Below are positions 32,575-43,925 of a stretch of DNA of 64,000 nt, one piece after another. The DNA is taken from the NCBI GenBank assembly GCA_965240325.2, contig OZ251225.1:3348001-3412000 (forward strand), given 5' to 3'. The translations under genes were made by a program, and so were the position numbers. This stretch comes from Rebecca billardiae RCC1528 (taxonomy: Eukaryota; Protista; Haptophyta). Numbering within the stretch: the stretch's first letter is position 1; each line of letters opens with the position of its first letter. The notes under the pieces are model-generated. The model worked only from the letters and a program-made list of their open reading frames with translations. It was not told the origin of the DNA and ran no database searches.

Positions 32575-33686
32575 CAAGGGTAGTAAGGGTGAGCAACTCC
32601 GCTGGCGACAGCCGCGAAGGTCGGCAGCCCTCTGTTTGCCGCGAGCGGAGCGGAGCGAGTGCTATCAGCGGCGGAGGGCGCTGAGGCCGCGCACGGCGTG
32701 AGGCGCGGCGTCGGCCGAGTCGGTCCGCGGAGGATGCGCGGTGCTCGGCCCGCTGCGCAGCGGCAGTGCGCCTCACTTTGCCCCGAGCGCCGTCCTCCGC
32801 GTCGCCTCCTTCCCGCCTTGGAGCAGCACGCATGTGCGCGCCGCCACCTTGAAGGCGGCACGGGCTTGCTCAGACGACCGCGCGCGCGTGGCGCGCGACT
32901 TGGTCGGCTGCGCGCGCGCGCCGCCGCGGTGCAAGGTAGCGCCGCCGCATGCGCGCGCCGTGCCAGCGCGAGAGCGTGTGCGCGGACCTGAGTGCGACCT
33001 CACACACATGTCGAATGCTGCTTGGCATCCGACTTGCGGACTGACGGGAAGCTGGAAAAGACAGCGGCGTGAGTGTTGGTACCATCGATGCGGAGCCTTA
33101 GCGTCCACTTGCATTCGTGCTGAGAAGGAATAGACAAGACTAGGCCTTCGTCCTGGGTATCCAATGTCACTCAACACCTCGCTGATCGACCCGACGAGTG
33201 CCAGCGTGAGGCACAGCAAATCATTCGTGAGAGCAAGCAGACAAGCGAGCACTACGCTCATGAGATGGCCGTGAGCAAAGGCTCGCGCGGGCACGGCGCG
33301 CGCATGCGGCGGCGCTACCTTGCACCGCGGCGGCGCGCGCGCGCAGCCGACCAAGTCGCGCGCCACGCGCGCGCGGTCGTCTGAGCAAGCCCGTGCCGCC
33401 TTCAAGGTGGCGGCGCGCACATGCGTGCTGCTCCAAGGCGGGAAGGAGGCGACGCGGAGGACGGCGCTCGGGGCAAAGTGAGGCGCACTGCCGCTGCGCA
33501 GCGGGCCGAGCGCCGCGCATCCTCCGCGGACCGACTCGGCCGACGCCGCGCCTCACGCCGTGCGCGGCCTCAGCGCCCTCCGCCGCTGATAGCACTCGCT
33601 CCGCTCCGCTCGCGGCAAACAGAGGGCTGCCGACCTTCGCGGCTGTCGCCAGCGGAGTTGCTCACCCTTACGTATTACTACCCTTG
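32575..33686. mobile_element. Non-autonomous long-TIR element (P-element-like termini, 7-bp TSD)
   Basis: About 400-bp TIRs 32575-32972 / 33282-33686 with termini CAAGGG...CCCTTG; direct repeat gctcagg at 32568-32574 and 33687-33693. Confidence 0.88.
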
Positions 33687-33753
33687 GCTCAGGAACTGCC
33701 GCTGCTTCCGACCACAAGCGAGTTGTTCGTTCCGGCAGCAGGAAGACGCTGCC

Positions 33754-35880
33754 ATGCAGGTCGACAACGACTCTACGTCGTCGTCCACTCGCGCTGCGCG
33801 ACGAAGGCGCACCGCTCGACGCTGGCGCCACGCACTGTGCGCGCTGGCAGTGGGCGTGCGTATCTGCGCAGCTGCGCCCGTCCCCGTGGGCCGAGGCCAG
33901 CCGCCGTCGGCACAGACGAGCATTCTGTACGTGGTCGCGCACGATCTGCGCGTGGACGTGCGCGGCGAGCACTTCAGCACCCTCGCGGCGCGCGGCACGG
34001 TCTTCGACCTGGCGTTCGCGCAGGCGCCAGTCTGCGCGCCGAGCCGTGCCTCGTTCACGTCGGGACGCCGCCCGTCGGTTTCTGGCGCGCTCACCTTCAC
34101 GGCAAACGAGCCAACGTCGATGCGCAACTCAAGCACTTGGTCGATGCTCCCGCTGAGGTTCCGCGAGGCGGGCTTCCGCACGGCGAGCGTGGGCCCCACG
34201 TCGGCGTCGGTGAACGGTGCGTGGTGCCCCGACTGCTGGTCCGACGGCACGTCCGTGGACCGCGGGAAAAACAAGAGCATGCCCAATTTCGACGGCCACA
34301 TCGCGTCCAACGGCGCCGCGCTGCTGATGCGCTGGGCGGAGGTCGGTGCCGAGCCCTTCTTCCTGATGGTGGGGTTTTCGGGCTCGCACTCGCCGGTCCG
34401 CCCGAGCGAGGAGTGCTTGCTCGCGACACGAGAGCTGCTCGAGCGCGAGCGCCGCGCGCCCCTCGTGCCCTCGCTCATGCCGCCGGGCGCTGTCTCGCCG
34501 CTCCAGATGGGTGACACCTCTTTCACGGCGAAGAACCTCCCCCGCTTCCCGCCTGGCGAGCGCGCTGCGATGGTGCGGACTCGGGGCGGGTTCGTGCTGC
34601 CGAAGCACACCCTGCTGGAGGCGGGCGCGCGGGCTGGGTTCTCGAAGCACGCGCTGGAGGACATCGCGCTCGTCCGGCGCGCGTACGTGGGCTCCTTCTG
34701 TGACCTCGACCGCGCGATCGGGCTGCTGGTGCGCACGCTCGACAGCACCGGGCTGGCGAACCGCACCGCCGTCGTCTTCCACGCCGACCACGGGCTAGCG
34801 CTGGGCGAGTACGGCACGTTCACAAAGACGAAGCTCCTCGACGTGGACACGCGCGTGCCGCTCGTGATCGCGCCGCCATTCAGCCCGCCGCACACCAGGC
34901 CGGATCCGTGGGCGCGCGCGCGTGTGCAGGCGCGCGCAGTCGTGCAGCTGCTCGACGTGGCGCCGACGCTGTGCGCGCTCGCCGGCATCGCGTGCGCTGG
35001 CCGCGCCTCGGAGCCGGCGCTGGACGGGGTGTCGCTCGTGCCGCTTCTGCGGAGCAAAGCGCCCGATGCCTTGCGCGCTCCCGACCAGCAGACGGCGGGC
35101 GGGTGCGGGCCGTGGAGCGTCGCGCTCAGCACGCAAGTGCGCTGCCTCGAACCCGGCGCGTGGATGGCAAGCGTGTGCATGAAGGCGCCGCTCAGCGCCG
35201 TGAGCGCGATGGGGACGAGCGTGCGGCTCGCATCGTGGCGATACACAATGTGGTCGTCGTGGTCGGCGAAACACGCTGTGCCCATCGCCGTGCTCAGCAC
35301 CAACGCCAGCGCGCTGCCCACCGCCTCTGACTTGTGGTGGCACGAGGAGCTGTACGCCCTGCGCGCCGCACGGCACGAGCTGGCTGGTATCGCGCGGCCG
35401 TGGCAGCCGTGGGGCACGTGGGGACTTGTGGACCTCGCGACCGAGTCGGCCGAGCCATCGATGGTGGCGCAGCAGCCAGCCTTGGTGCTCGCGCTCCGCT
35501 CGCTCGCTGTCCGCTCGTGGGCTCGGCCAGACCTGCCGATGCACAGGCTGGTGGCAGACGCGTGTGCAGGCGAGCTCGGCCTGGCGCTGCGTGCACTCGA
35601 GGCAGGCCAGGGGCCTCCTGCCCCGACCGAGACCGGCGCGCAGCCACGCGCAGCAAATGATACCGGTCCGCGCGCACCTCCTGTCGGAATCCCTGCAGTG
35701 CGGAAGACATGGCTGGAAGGCCGGCCACGTCCGCAACGTGCGAACGGTACTACTGTACCATCACGTGCCTCAGCAGCCACCGCGTCCGGGGCCGGGGGGC
35801 TAGGCTCTGGTGCTCGACTCACGACTGGTGGCATCAGCATGCAAGTGATGCATGCGGCTGATGCACTCCGAAGAGTTTAG
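33754..35880 (+). CDS. Formylglycine-dependent sulfatase (iduronate-2-sulfatase-like)
   Basis: AFAQAPVCAPSRASFTSGR (CxPxR), VFHADHG, TRVPL, LLDVAPTL, LDGVSL; a hydrophobic segment follows ATG 33754, and the upstream ORF extension lies in the MITE. Confidence 0.85.
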   Translation: MQVDNDSTSSSTRAARRRRTARRWRHALCALAVGVRICAAAPVPVGRGQPPSAQTSILYVVAHDLRVDVRGEHFSTLAARGTVFDLAFAQAPVCAPSRASFTSGRRPSVSGALTFTANEPTSMRNSSTWSMLPLRFREAGFRTASVGPTSASVNGAWCPDCWSDGTSVDRGKNKSMPNFDGHIASNGAALLMRWAEVGAEPFFLMVGFSGSHSPVRPSEECLLATRELLERERRAPLVPSLMPPGAVSPLQMGDTSFTAKNLPRFPPGERAAMVRTRGGFVLPKHTLLEAGARAGFSKHALEDIALVRRAYVGSFCDLDRAIGLLVRTLDSTGLANRTAVVFHADHGLALGEYGTFTKTKLLDVDTRVPLVIAPPFSPPHTRPDPWARARVQARAVVQLLDVAPTLCALAGIACAGRASEPALDGVSLVPLLRSKAPDALRAPDQQTAGGCGPWSVALSTQVRCLEPGAWMASVCMKAPLSAVSAMGTSVRLASWRYTMWSSWSAKHAVPIAVLSTNASALPTASDLWWHEELYALRAARHELAGIARPWQPWGTWGLVDLATESAEPSMVAQQPALVLALRSLAVRSWARPDLPMHRLVADACAGELGLALRALEAGQGPPAPTETGAQPRAANDTGPRAPPVGIPAVRKTWLEGRPRPQRANGTTVPSRASAATASGAGGLGSGARLTTGGISMQVMHAADALRRV

Positions 35881-37105
35881 TTAGTGACTAGCTAGTGGCA
35901 TTACTATGATCGGCTACGCCGATCTTCGGGTAGTAAACAACGAAGTTGAGGGCGCACGGCCCTAGCTAGTTCCGCGCGTGGCTGCGTGCGCCAGCTGCGC
36001 GCACCCGCTGCGCCCGCGTTGAGCCCGTGCGAGCGCCGCGCCTCGAGCCTCACACGCAGCGGCTCGACACCGAGCCGCATGGCAGTGTCGCTCGTGCGCC
36101 TCGGCCCGTGATCAGTCTCAGCTCTGAGGCGCGCGCTCAGGAGGGCTGCGGCCGGGCCGAGCGCGATCTGCGCAGACGGTACAGCCCCGAGCCCGTGGCG
36201 GCTCATGGCAGCCCGAGCCCAATTCCCGCAAAGCCCGGCGCCTCCGCCATCCGCGTCACAGTCGGGGCGCTCCAGGCTCCACGGCCTCTTACTTACGCGT
36301 GCTGCGCTGCAGCCGTGCTCGGCCGAACGACGCCCGCCGAGCCCGCCGAGCACGCGGCTGATGAGCAGTGGTAGCCAGGCGAAGCCGTCGTCGCGGGCAA
36401 AGCTGCGCTGGGTGATGCGGCTTGACGGCCCACAGGCGGCTCACCCGGCTCGTCAGCCGTCTGACGCGTAGCGCGTCGACAAATGGCTGCTGACGGCGTA
36501 AAATCGGCCTGAGCGGCGGATGAAACGGCTGAAAGGCGAGACCACGACGCCACCCAACTGGCGCACGCGCGTGCGGCCGGCGGTGCGGCGCAGCTCGGTC
36601 ACTGCCACCGCTCCCGCGGGCTGCTCACGCCGAGCGCTGTGTTGGCAGCTGCAAGCTGATCGTGCGCTCGCCGCTCCCAGACGAGATCGGTCGAGATCGT
36701 GGGAGCAGACGAGCGGACCATCGCGCAGCAAGATGCAGCGAGCACGCAGACACTCGCGCTGCCCTCTCCTCGTGCGCCTGCGCCAGCCACAGTCTCGAAC
36801 ACCAGCAGAACGGAGCTTGCACCGAAAAGGCTGCGCGACGGGCGCGCACGCGCGTGGACGCGGGTCGGCAGGGCGGGGCGCGCGGGGTGAGCGAGGCACG
36901 AATGCGATGCCGACGGCCGTTGGGACCCGCCGCAGCTGCGCGCACCTGCGCGAGCTGCCTCGGTTCAGCACTCTCAACTCCTTCCTGCTCACCACTGCCT
37001 GCCCGCGCGACCATGGTACATCATCAAGGGAGATATTATCATTATGATACTGCAATCTTAAATCTCGCCTGCCTGAGCTGTGTGCGTCTCTTATTCTTAG
37101 TAATA

Positions 37106-39698
37106 CCCGTACGCCCCCTGTGGTTCCATGTGGTTCCAGGCACTTTGCGGCCTCGCCGCGGACGCTGCGGAGGGCCGGAGGCGAGATGCGCGGCGGTGCA
37201 CATCGTGCCCCCGAGCGGACCGCCTAGCCCCAGCCGGGCGTCGCTCGACTCGTCCATCGCGGCGAGTGAGAGCCGTCGCGCGAGGGGCGGGTCGAGGGGG
37301 GGGCGCCTGGTACATTGACGCCATCGTTTTGGACCGATTCTTTTTTTTTTCGGGCGGTGCTCCCGGTGAAAAAGCAAGCAGGGGAGAATTCCGTCGGAGC
37401 CGTTTTATTTTGGGGCTTTTTACGCGTTTTGTCCCTGTATTGTTTGCGTGCTGCTGCTGCTCACTGTCATGAATGCGTCGGCGATCAGACCGTCACTCAC
37501 CGCAGCGTGTAACAGTGGCGGTGGCGGAGCAGCGGACGATGCCGCATTGGCGGGCGGCTGCCACGCGCACGAAGCGGCCGGTGACTACTCCTGATGCAGC
37601 GCACTGACACGCGTTGCACTGATATTGATGCGACCGGTCGTCGATCACCCGGGCGGACGACCGTCTTGCCGTCCTGCTTCTCCTGATGAGACAGCAGTCG
37701 CGCGCAGCCGCGATCGCGCCGCGGGAGACAGGTGGCGTTGTCAAAACAACGCCTCGCCTCGCCGGTGGTCGCACGCCGCGCGCGCGCGCGCGCCGCACCT
37801 CGACCACCTTCTGCGTCGCCCGCCAGTTCGTCGCCGCCACCACCGTCGACAGAATGGGCAACGTGAGTATGAAGCGGAGCAGCGCAACGCCGAGAGCGCC
37901 GACTCCGTCCAGCGCCACGCCCACGAGCTTGCCCCGGCGCGTGACGAAGCCGTGTCCGGCTAGGTGCGCGCACAGCTCGCGGCTCGGCCATGGGGCCGCC
38001 TCGCTCGCGTGCCAGCCCCCGTCCTCGCGCTGTCACGCCCCCTTCTTCTTCACCGCTGCAATCTTGTCCTGCCGCCTCAGATCGTGCGCGCGGAGAGCCG
38101 CTGGCTGCACGGGCTCGCCACTCGCAGCGCCGACGCGCTGCAGCTCGTCCTGCATCTCACCCATGTCGAGCTCGACCCAGGCACCTGTCACTGGCTCGTG
38201 CCCGCGCTGCGCCGAGGTTGCCAGGCTCCGCCGCGCCCAGAGCATCACGCCGGTGGGCGCTCGCTGCGCTGCCACCTGCTGCCCTGCCGCAGCGGCGGCG
38301 GCCGCCGCCGTCGGCTGCGCGCTCGGCTCGGCTCGTCAAGCCAGCCGCACCGACCTTGCCCTTGTGCAGGGTAGCAGCGACTGCGGGCCCGTGCATGACA
38401 AGCGCCGTTGCGTCGGCCCAATCTGACACATCACCGCCTGCCTCGCAGCGGCTCTGAGTCTCGAACGTGACCATGGATCTCGGGCTCATCACCGGCTTGC
38501 CCTTGGTCCACTCCTGCCAGTCCTCCTCCTTGAAGCGACGGGCCATCGCCGCGGGGTCAGCGCACATCTGCACCCTCGCTGGCAGCAGCCGCTCTGCGGC
38601 GGCCAGCTCGAGCGCGAGAAGGCGGAAGTCGTACGAGTCGCCGCCGTGCGCACACAGAATGCCATCATGCAAACCTGGTGTCCGTGATGATCTCCTTCAT
38701 CCAATCCAGCAGACCGTCCACCTCCGATGCGAAGTCGGGCTTGGTCGCCACGGCCTCGGCCGTGAGCGCATGCCACTCCGGGTCAGGTGCCATGGACACT
38801 CCCGCCGTGTTGAACTTGCCCGCCCACGCACCCACCTTGATCGGCTCCAGCTCGGCCTCAGCATCTTCATCTGGCCCCGGAAGTGTGTTGATGCTGGCGA
38901 CGATATGGAGCTCGACCAGCCGATGCCTGGCTGCACCGGCGCTCCCGCACGCGCCGTGGTGCCGATCGCGCGGAGAGAGAAGTACACACACTCCTGCTTC
39001 GCGTCCGGCTTCACCGTCCCGCCCTCGCGCGACACAGGGACGCGCGCCGGCTCGGCCGCGAGTGCTGCTCGGCCGCGAGTGCTGCAGCCGGCAGAGTCAG
39101 GCCACCATCGGCGTCCTCCTCTGCGTCCTCGGCAACGACCACAGGCTCGGCAGCGTCGACGAACATGTGCTCGCCACTATCTGGCGCATCGCCCTGAGCG
39201 CGCGCCATGTTCGCCTCCTCGACGCCGCATGTTCGTCATGCGAGCTGCAAGGCGGAGCGACGGGATCATCATGATGCTCGTCCGCATCCATGTAGCCGGA
39301 CACGTACGTGTTCTCCGCCTCGGGCTCCCCGGAACGATCGAGCACGTCGGACTCGTCGTCGTCAATCCCGCCGCCGCCAGCCGATGACGGACTCAGCTAA
39401 CCCGCCGCCGCGTGACCGCCGCCACCCAGCCATTGACCGACACGTGCGAACAAGGTGCGCCATGATGCTCGTTCCCGCCCTCCGCCCGAAAAAGGACCAA
39501 CGATTTCCACGGAGCCTACGGGTAAAATGTTAACCAAGTGTGCACGTTAATAATAGTAAACTGTACTTTACTTCGCGGGCCACCCGGCACCCAGTGCCCA
39601 CTTGGGTATTTTGAGCGCCTTCCGGCTTTAAAAGATATTTCCCGTTTTATGTATGAATCAAGGGTAATCAAGGGGCTTTTGACAAGGGGCTTAACGAG
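37106..39698 (-). mobile_element. Possible decayed piggyBac-like insert nested in A5
   Basis: Weak inverted ends cccgtacgccccctgt vs acaaggggcttaacgag followed by TTAA; peptide LRFILTLPILSTVVAATNWRATQK resembles the piggyBac N-terminal IVxxTNxYA segment; Cys-rich remnant YQCNAC. Confidence 0.4.
38380..39035 (-). pseudogene. Frameshifted DEDDh (DnaQ/epsilon-like) 3'-5' exonuclease domain
   Basis: VYFSLRAIGTT / RLVELHIVA...WHALTAEAVATKPDFASEVDGLLDWM / ILCAHGGDSYDFRLLALEL...DPAAMAR...ADATAL across three frames. Confidence 0.7.
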
Positions 39699-40551
39699 TT
39701 AACGGCCTTAACCTGATGATATCCGCCACTGAGAAGCGACGGTTCATGAATCATGACTTCAGATGCCGGCATAATAATTCTTTACTTCAAGCGACATATA
39801 AAATCTGACTCAACCTCTCTTTTCTATTGTTGGCGAGCTGTTTCAGGCTCTTACAATTCAAGCATCTTACTATGACGGAATGTTCGAACACACGGCTGGT
39901 GTTATGTGCTATTCCACCCGGCATTCCCCTAAGTGTTACTATCGTTAAAATTAGCATCCACTACAAACGCAATCATTGGCAGCGAAATCCACTCATACGG
40001 ACGCTCACACCTAACCGTAAGGCCACCCACAAAAATCCCCAAAATCCTGCGCGCATCCTCTTTTTGATTTTGCGGAGCACGTGCGCCGCCCCCCCCCGGC
40101 TTTCGCTCACGCTCAGACCTTTCGGGGGGGGGGGGCGTGCGCCATCATCAGCATCGGCATGAGTCGCGCTAGTTCTTGCTATACAGAGTACAGTAGTATG
40201 AGTCGCGCTAGTTCTTGCTACAGTAGTTGGCATCGTGGCTCACTCATCAGTCTCATGCCGACAGATGCGTCACTCACTCACACCGTATAGCTATACATAG
40301 TACATTTACGTTATGCTGCTGCTACGACGACTACTATATATGCGCTAGCCGAGTAGCATCATCATCAGCAGTGTCTGGTGATCATGACTCGACGACTGAG
40401 TCGATCTGAGTTATTAGCTAGGACCGACGTCTACTCACGTCATCAGACGATTCACTGACGGACTACCGACTAGCTCAGGCTAGGCAGTACTCGCCCGAAC
40501 CGTGAGAGACACTACAGTATTAGCCTGTGGCCCGCAGTGACGATGGATCAC

Positions 40552-42009
40552 TCACGATGGGCTGCAAGTGCTGTGGATCCGCGCGGGCAGGTCCCTAATC
40601 CTGCCAAGCAGCCGATCCTCCTCGCTCGCGACCGACGAGCCTTCGTCGTTCAGGGCCTCGAGCTCATGGCTCGTGACGTGCTCGATGTCGGGGAGCACGG
40701 GCGCGGGCTGATGGCCGCTCTCGTCCCCGAAGAGCACGCGGTCGCCCTCGGCGCAGACGGCATATAAGCCGGCGCTTGCCACGCACACGGCGCTGAGGAT
40801 GGCAAAGAAGGTGGCCCACGCGTCGCGGTCGTGGGGTCTGCCCTGCAGCACCGCGCCCCCAATCTCGGTGGCGAGGGTGCCCCCAAGCGTCCCCGCGGTG
40901 TTCGAGAAGGAGAGCAGCACGCCCGCGAAGCGCGGCCCGATGTCCATGTGATTGACGCTGAAGCCGCCGCGCGAGAAGGCGCACGCGCACAGCGACAGCG
41001 CGATGCAGGCGAACGCGCTCGGCGCAGACGCGGCTCTGGCGAGCAGCAGCAGCGGCGGCGTCGCCGCGAGGAGCCCGGAGACGGTGAGCGTCTTGCGCGC
41101 GAGGCGCGCGCCGTACCGCCGCGCGAGCTCGTCGCTCAGCCGCCCCGCCACGACGCACAGCGCGTACATGAGCACCCACGGCCCGGCCTTCACCGCCACG
41201 CCCACCTTGTCGAGGTCGACGCGCAGCGCGTGGCTCACAAACGTGGGCACCCAGCTCATCAGCGCAAAGTACACGATGTGGAAGGCGAGCGAGGAGAGCA
41301 TGATGGCGATCACGGCGGGCGAGAGCGCCATCGCGCGCCACGGCACGTCGCTGAACCCCGAAGGCGGCTTCGACGGCTGCGTCACCGTCGGCGGCCGGCA
41401 GAAGCGCGCGCGCGCACAGAGCGACCAGCCCAGGCCCAGGCTGGCGGAGACGACCAGCTGGGCGCGCGCGCCGAACGCGCGCGTGAGGCGCGGCGTGAAG
41501 ACCATGGCGAGCGCGGCGCCGAGGTAGATGCACGAGACAACCAGCGAGACCGTGTACGCGCGCGTCCGCTGCTCCGTCTGCTCGACCAGCTGCGTGTGCA
41601 GCGCCGGGAAGAGCACGCCCTGCGAGATGCCGATGCCGACGCGGCACACCACGAGCAGCCAGAAGCGCTTGGGGTCGAAGGGCGACAGATAGGAGAGGAG
41701 CGCCCACGAGCACGTCGCTACGACGAGCACGGGCATCCCGCCGTACCGCCGCGCCAGCGCGCCACCGAGGAGCTGCGTCGAGAGGTAGCCCCAGAAGAAC
41801 ACGCCGAGCACGCGCCCCTTCTGGTTCTGCGAGTAGCCGTAGTGGTCGGCGGCAGCGGTGAAGGCAATGGCAAAGCCGGTGCGCTCAAAGTAGCAGATGG
41901 TTGTCGCTGCCGCGAGCAGGATGTTCGCGCGGTTGCGCAACCTCGCGATGCTGCTCGTGGGACCTGCGCCTTGCGGCGAGCTCAGTCGAGGCGACGCCGC
42001 CATCTGCAT
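40552..42009 (-). CDS. MFS transporter, anion:cation symporter (SLC17/ACS) family
   Basis: ICYFERT, KGRVLGVFFWGYLSTQLLGG, RVGIGISQGVLFPALH, VPWR, LMSWVPTF, GFSVNHMDIGPRFAGVL...NTAGT; start inferred at 42009 or 42003. Confidence 0.88.
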   Translation of the reverse strand: MQMAASPRLSSPQGAGPTSSIARLRNRANILLAAATTICYFERTGFAIAFTAAADHYGYSQNQKGRVLGVFFWGYLSTQLLGGALARRYGGMPVLVVATCSWALLSYLSPFDPKRFWLLVVCRVGIGISQGVLFPALHTQLVEQTEQRTRAYTVSLVVSCIYLGAALAMVFTPRLTRAFGARAQLVVSASLGLGWSLCARARFCRPPTVTQPSKPPSGFSDVPWRAMALSPAVIAIMLSSLAFHIVYFALMSWVPTFVSHALRVDLDKVGVAVKAGPWVLMYALCVVAGRLSDELARRYGARLARKTLTVSGLLAATPPLLLLARAASAPSAFACIALSLCACAFSRGGFSVNHMDIGPRFAGVLLSFSNTAGTLGGTLATEIGGAVLQGRPHDRDAWATFFAILSAVCVASAGLYAVCAEGDRVLFGDESGHQPAPVLPDIEHVTSHELEALNDEGSSVASEEDRLLGRIRDLPARIHSTCSPS

Positions 42010-42118
42010 CTGATGCCGCGATCGATGCTTGCGTGCGCATCGGCAGTGCGATGGCTGATTTCCCGCCGTCCGGGAAGCACTCCGGGTGACGCAGTCGTTC
42101 GTAGACAAATGCGTGCGC

Positions 42119-43645
42119 ATGATGGCGTCAACTCCGACAGTTCGTGGCGCGGGATCGCTCATCTTTGCGCTCCTGGCGTGCGCGCATGCCCCGAGCGCGG
42201 CTCTCTTGACTGACACGGTGAGCTACAACATCACGCGAGCCACTGCCGACGAGCTCCTCCACTGCGCGCCACCGGCGCTGCTCGTCGTGAACGCGGCGTG
42301 GTCAGCGGTCGAGTGCAGGGGCAGCACGAGGTACGAGCTGTGGCTCCGCCCGCCCATCAACGCGATCAACGGGGCGGTCGCGCACGCGAGTCGGCGACAT
42401 CACGCCGCCTTCTATCGCGGCTTCATGCCCTGGCGTGGCCTCGCGCTGGTCTCCTCGGGCGTGCTCGTCGACTTCCTCGGGATGGCCGTTCCGTTCGAGC
42501 TCTACTGCAACCGCGCGTACCTGTGGCAGGTGGAGGCGCACGCGCTGCGCGTGCGGCAGTGCAACGTGTACATGGCCCTGCAGGCCACGCTCCGCGCCGA
42601 GACGCGCGCCCGCGCCGGCGCCGTGCCCGTCGTCCCGCTCATCCTCCAGACCGCGTGGCCGGTCGTTTCAGAGGAGTACTTTGAGTACGCCGATGTGCTC
42701 GATGCGGTGGCCGACTACGTCGAGGCGTTCGGCGCGGCGCACGGGCGGGGCGAGAAGGTGCGCCCGCTGACGGTGATCGAGCTCGGGTGCGGGTACGGCC
42801 ACTGGGCCTTCTCCGCGCACGCCGCGCTCAAGCAGCGCATGGGCGCGGCGCCGCACCGCTACCTGCTGGTGGACGTGCTGCCGCGAATGCGCATGCACGT
42901 CGACACGAACGCGGTGCTCAACGGCGTGCAGCCCGACAACTACGCGTTCCACGCGGGGTACGTGAGCTCGAGCGGCAGCTCGGAGGAGATGCAGAAGCGC
43001 ATGCGCATGCAGATGTACAAGATGCGGCGCAAGTACATGCGCGGCTGGCGCGCGGGCGACGGCGTGAATGCCTCCCTGGGCGGCTCGGAGGCGGAGCAGC
43101 AGGCCGCGCCCGTGGCCGCACGGCGCCGGGGCCGTGTGCTCCGTGGCGCGGCGCCAGCGGTGCGCGCGCGGCCTGGCCCTCGCGCGGCGGCGTCCAAGCT
43201 TGCTGCCGTCGAGCGCGCCGCCAGCATCACCTTCACCGAGCTGCTGAGGCGGTACCGCGTGCCGCAGTGCATCGACCTCCTGGACATCGACGTGCAGGGC
43301 GGGGAGTATCCGGTCTCGCCGCACCCGAACGGCACGCTCACGCCGGACGGCCCGCCGGGGCTGTTCGCGGACGAGGCCTTCTTGCGGGTGCTGCGAGAGC
43401 GGGTGGTGCGCGTGCACGTCGGGATGCACGCCGCGGGCGAGGGCGCGCTCGAGGCAGATGCGCACATGGCGGAGCTGCTCGAGCGCACTGGCTTCCGCGT
43501 CGGCTGGCGCTACCATGCGGACAGGGAGCCGGAGAAGCGCACGGCCACGGAGTACGGCACTGTCAAATTCGGCGACGGGATCCTCTCGGGAATCAACACA
43601 CAGATCCCCGCCGCGTGTGCCCGTGCGGGGGCGGCAAGTAGCTAG
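42119..43645 (+). CDS. Secreted FkbM-like SAM-dependent methyltransferase
   Basis: Signal-like N-terminus; VIELGCGYGHW (motif I); IDLLDIDVQGGE (FkbM IDxLKIDVEGxE-like); VHVGMH. Confidence 0.7.
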   Translation: MMASTPTVRGAGSLIFALLACAHAPSAALLTDTVSYNITRATADELLHCAPPALLVVNAAWSAVECRGSTRYELWLRPPINAINGAVAHASRRHHAAFYRGFMPWRGLALVSSGVLVDFLGMAVPFELYCNRAYLWQVEAHALRVRQCNVYMALQATLRAETRARAGAVPVVPLILQTAWPVVSEEYFEYADVLDAVADYVEAFGAAHGRGEKVRPLTVIELGCGYGHWAFSAHAALKQRMGAAPHRYLLVDVLPRMRMHVDTNAVLNGVQPDNYAFHAGYVSSSGSSEEMQKRMRMQMYKMRRKYMRGWRAGDGVNASLGGSEAEQQAAPVAARRRGRVLRGAAPAVRARPGPRAAASKLAAVERAASITFTELLRRYRVPQCIDLLDIDVQGGEYPVSPHPNGTLTPDGPPGLFADEAFLRVLRERVVRVHVGMHAAGEGALEADAHMAELLERTGFRVGWRYHADREPEKRTATEYGTVKFGDGILSGINTQIPAACARAGAASS

Positions 43646-43925
43646 CCGGTAGCCCCGACCATGCTGCCACTTGCCAGGCACGGAGCCCGCCGCGACTGCA
43701 GCAGTCGTCTGCATTCAGCAGCCCGAATATTAATAACGAATCGATCACCTATACGTACGGCTGTCACGCCTCACGGGAGCAGCCTAGCAAGCTCAGGACC
43801 AGGTCAGAGAGCTGCCGGTTCACTGATTCGTCTCCATCCGCGGCCGCGTCCGGATTCTGGCAACCGGACGGCCCGAGAAATTCGCCGACCAACGCCCGCA
43901 GATCGGCCCGAAATCCCGCGTGGCG

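Larger units (their letters stand above)
35906..40145 (-). mobile_element. Family A element, copy A5
   Basis: ATgatcggctacgccgatcttcgggtagtaaacaacgaagttgagggcgcacggccctag at 35906 and ...cctttcg(g)ncgtgcgccAT at 40145; internal homology to A1 and A2. Confidence 0.88.

Noticed and set aside
33421-33753. N-terminal extension of the sulfatase ORF
   Set aside because: Lies mostly within the MITE arm; ATG 33754 followed by a hydrophobic segment is the more plausible start.
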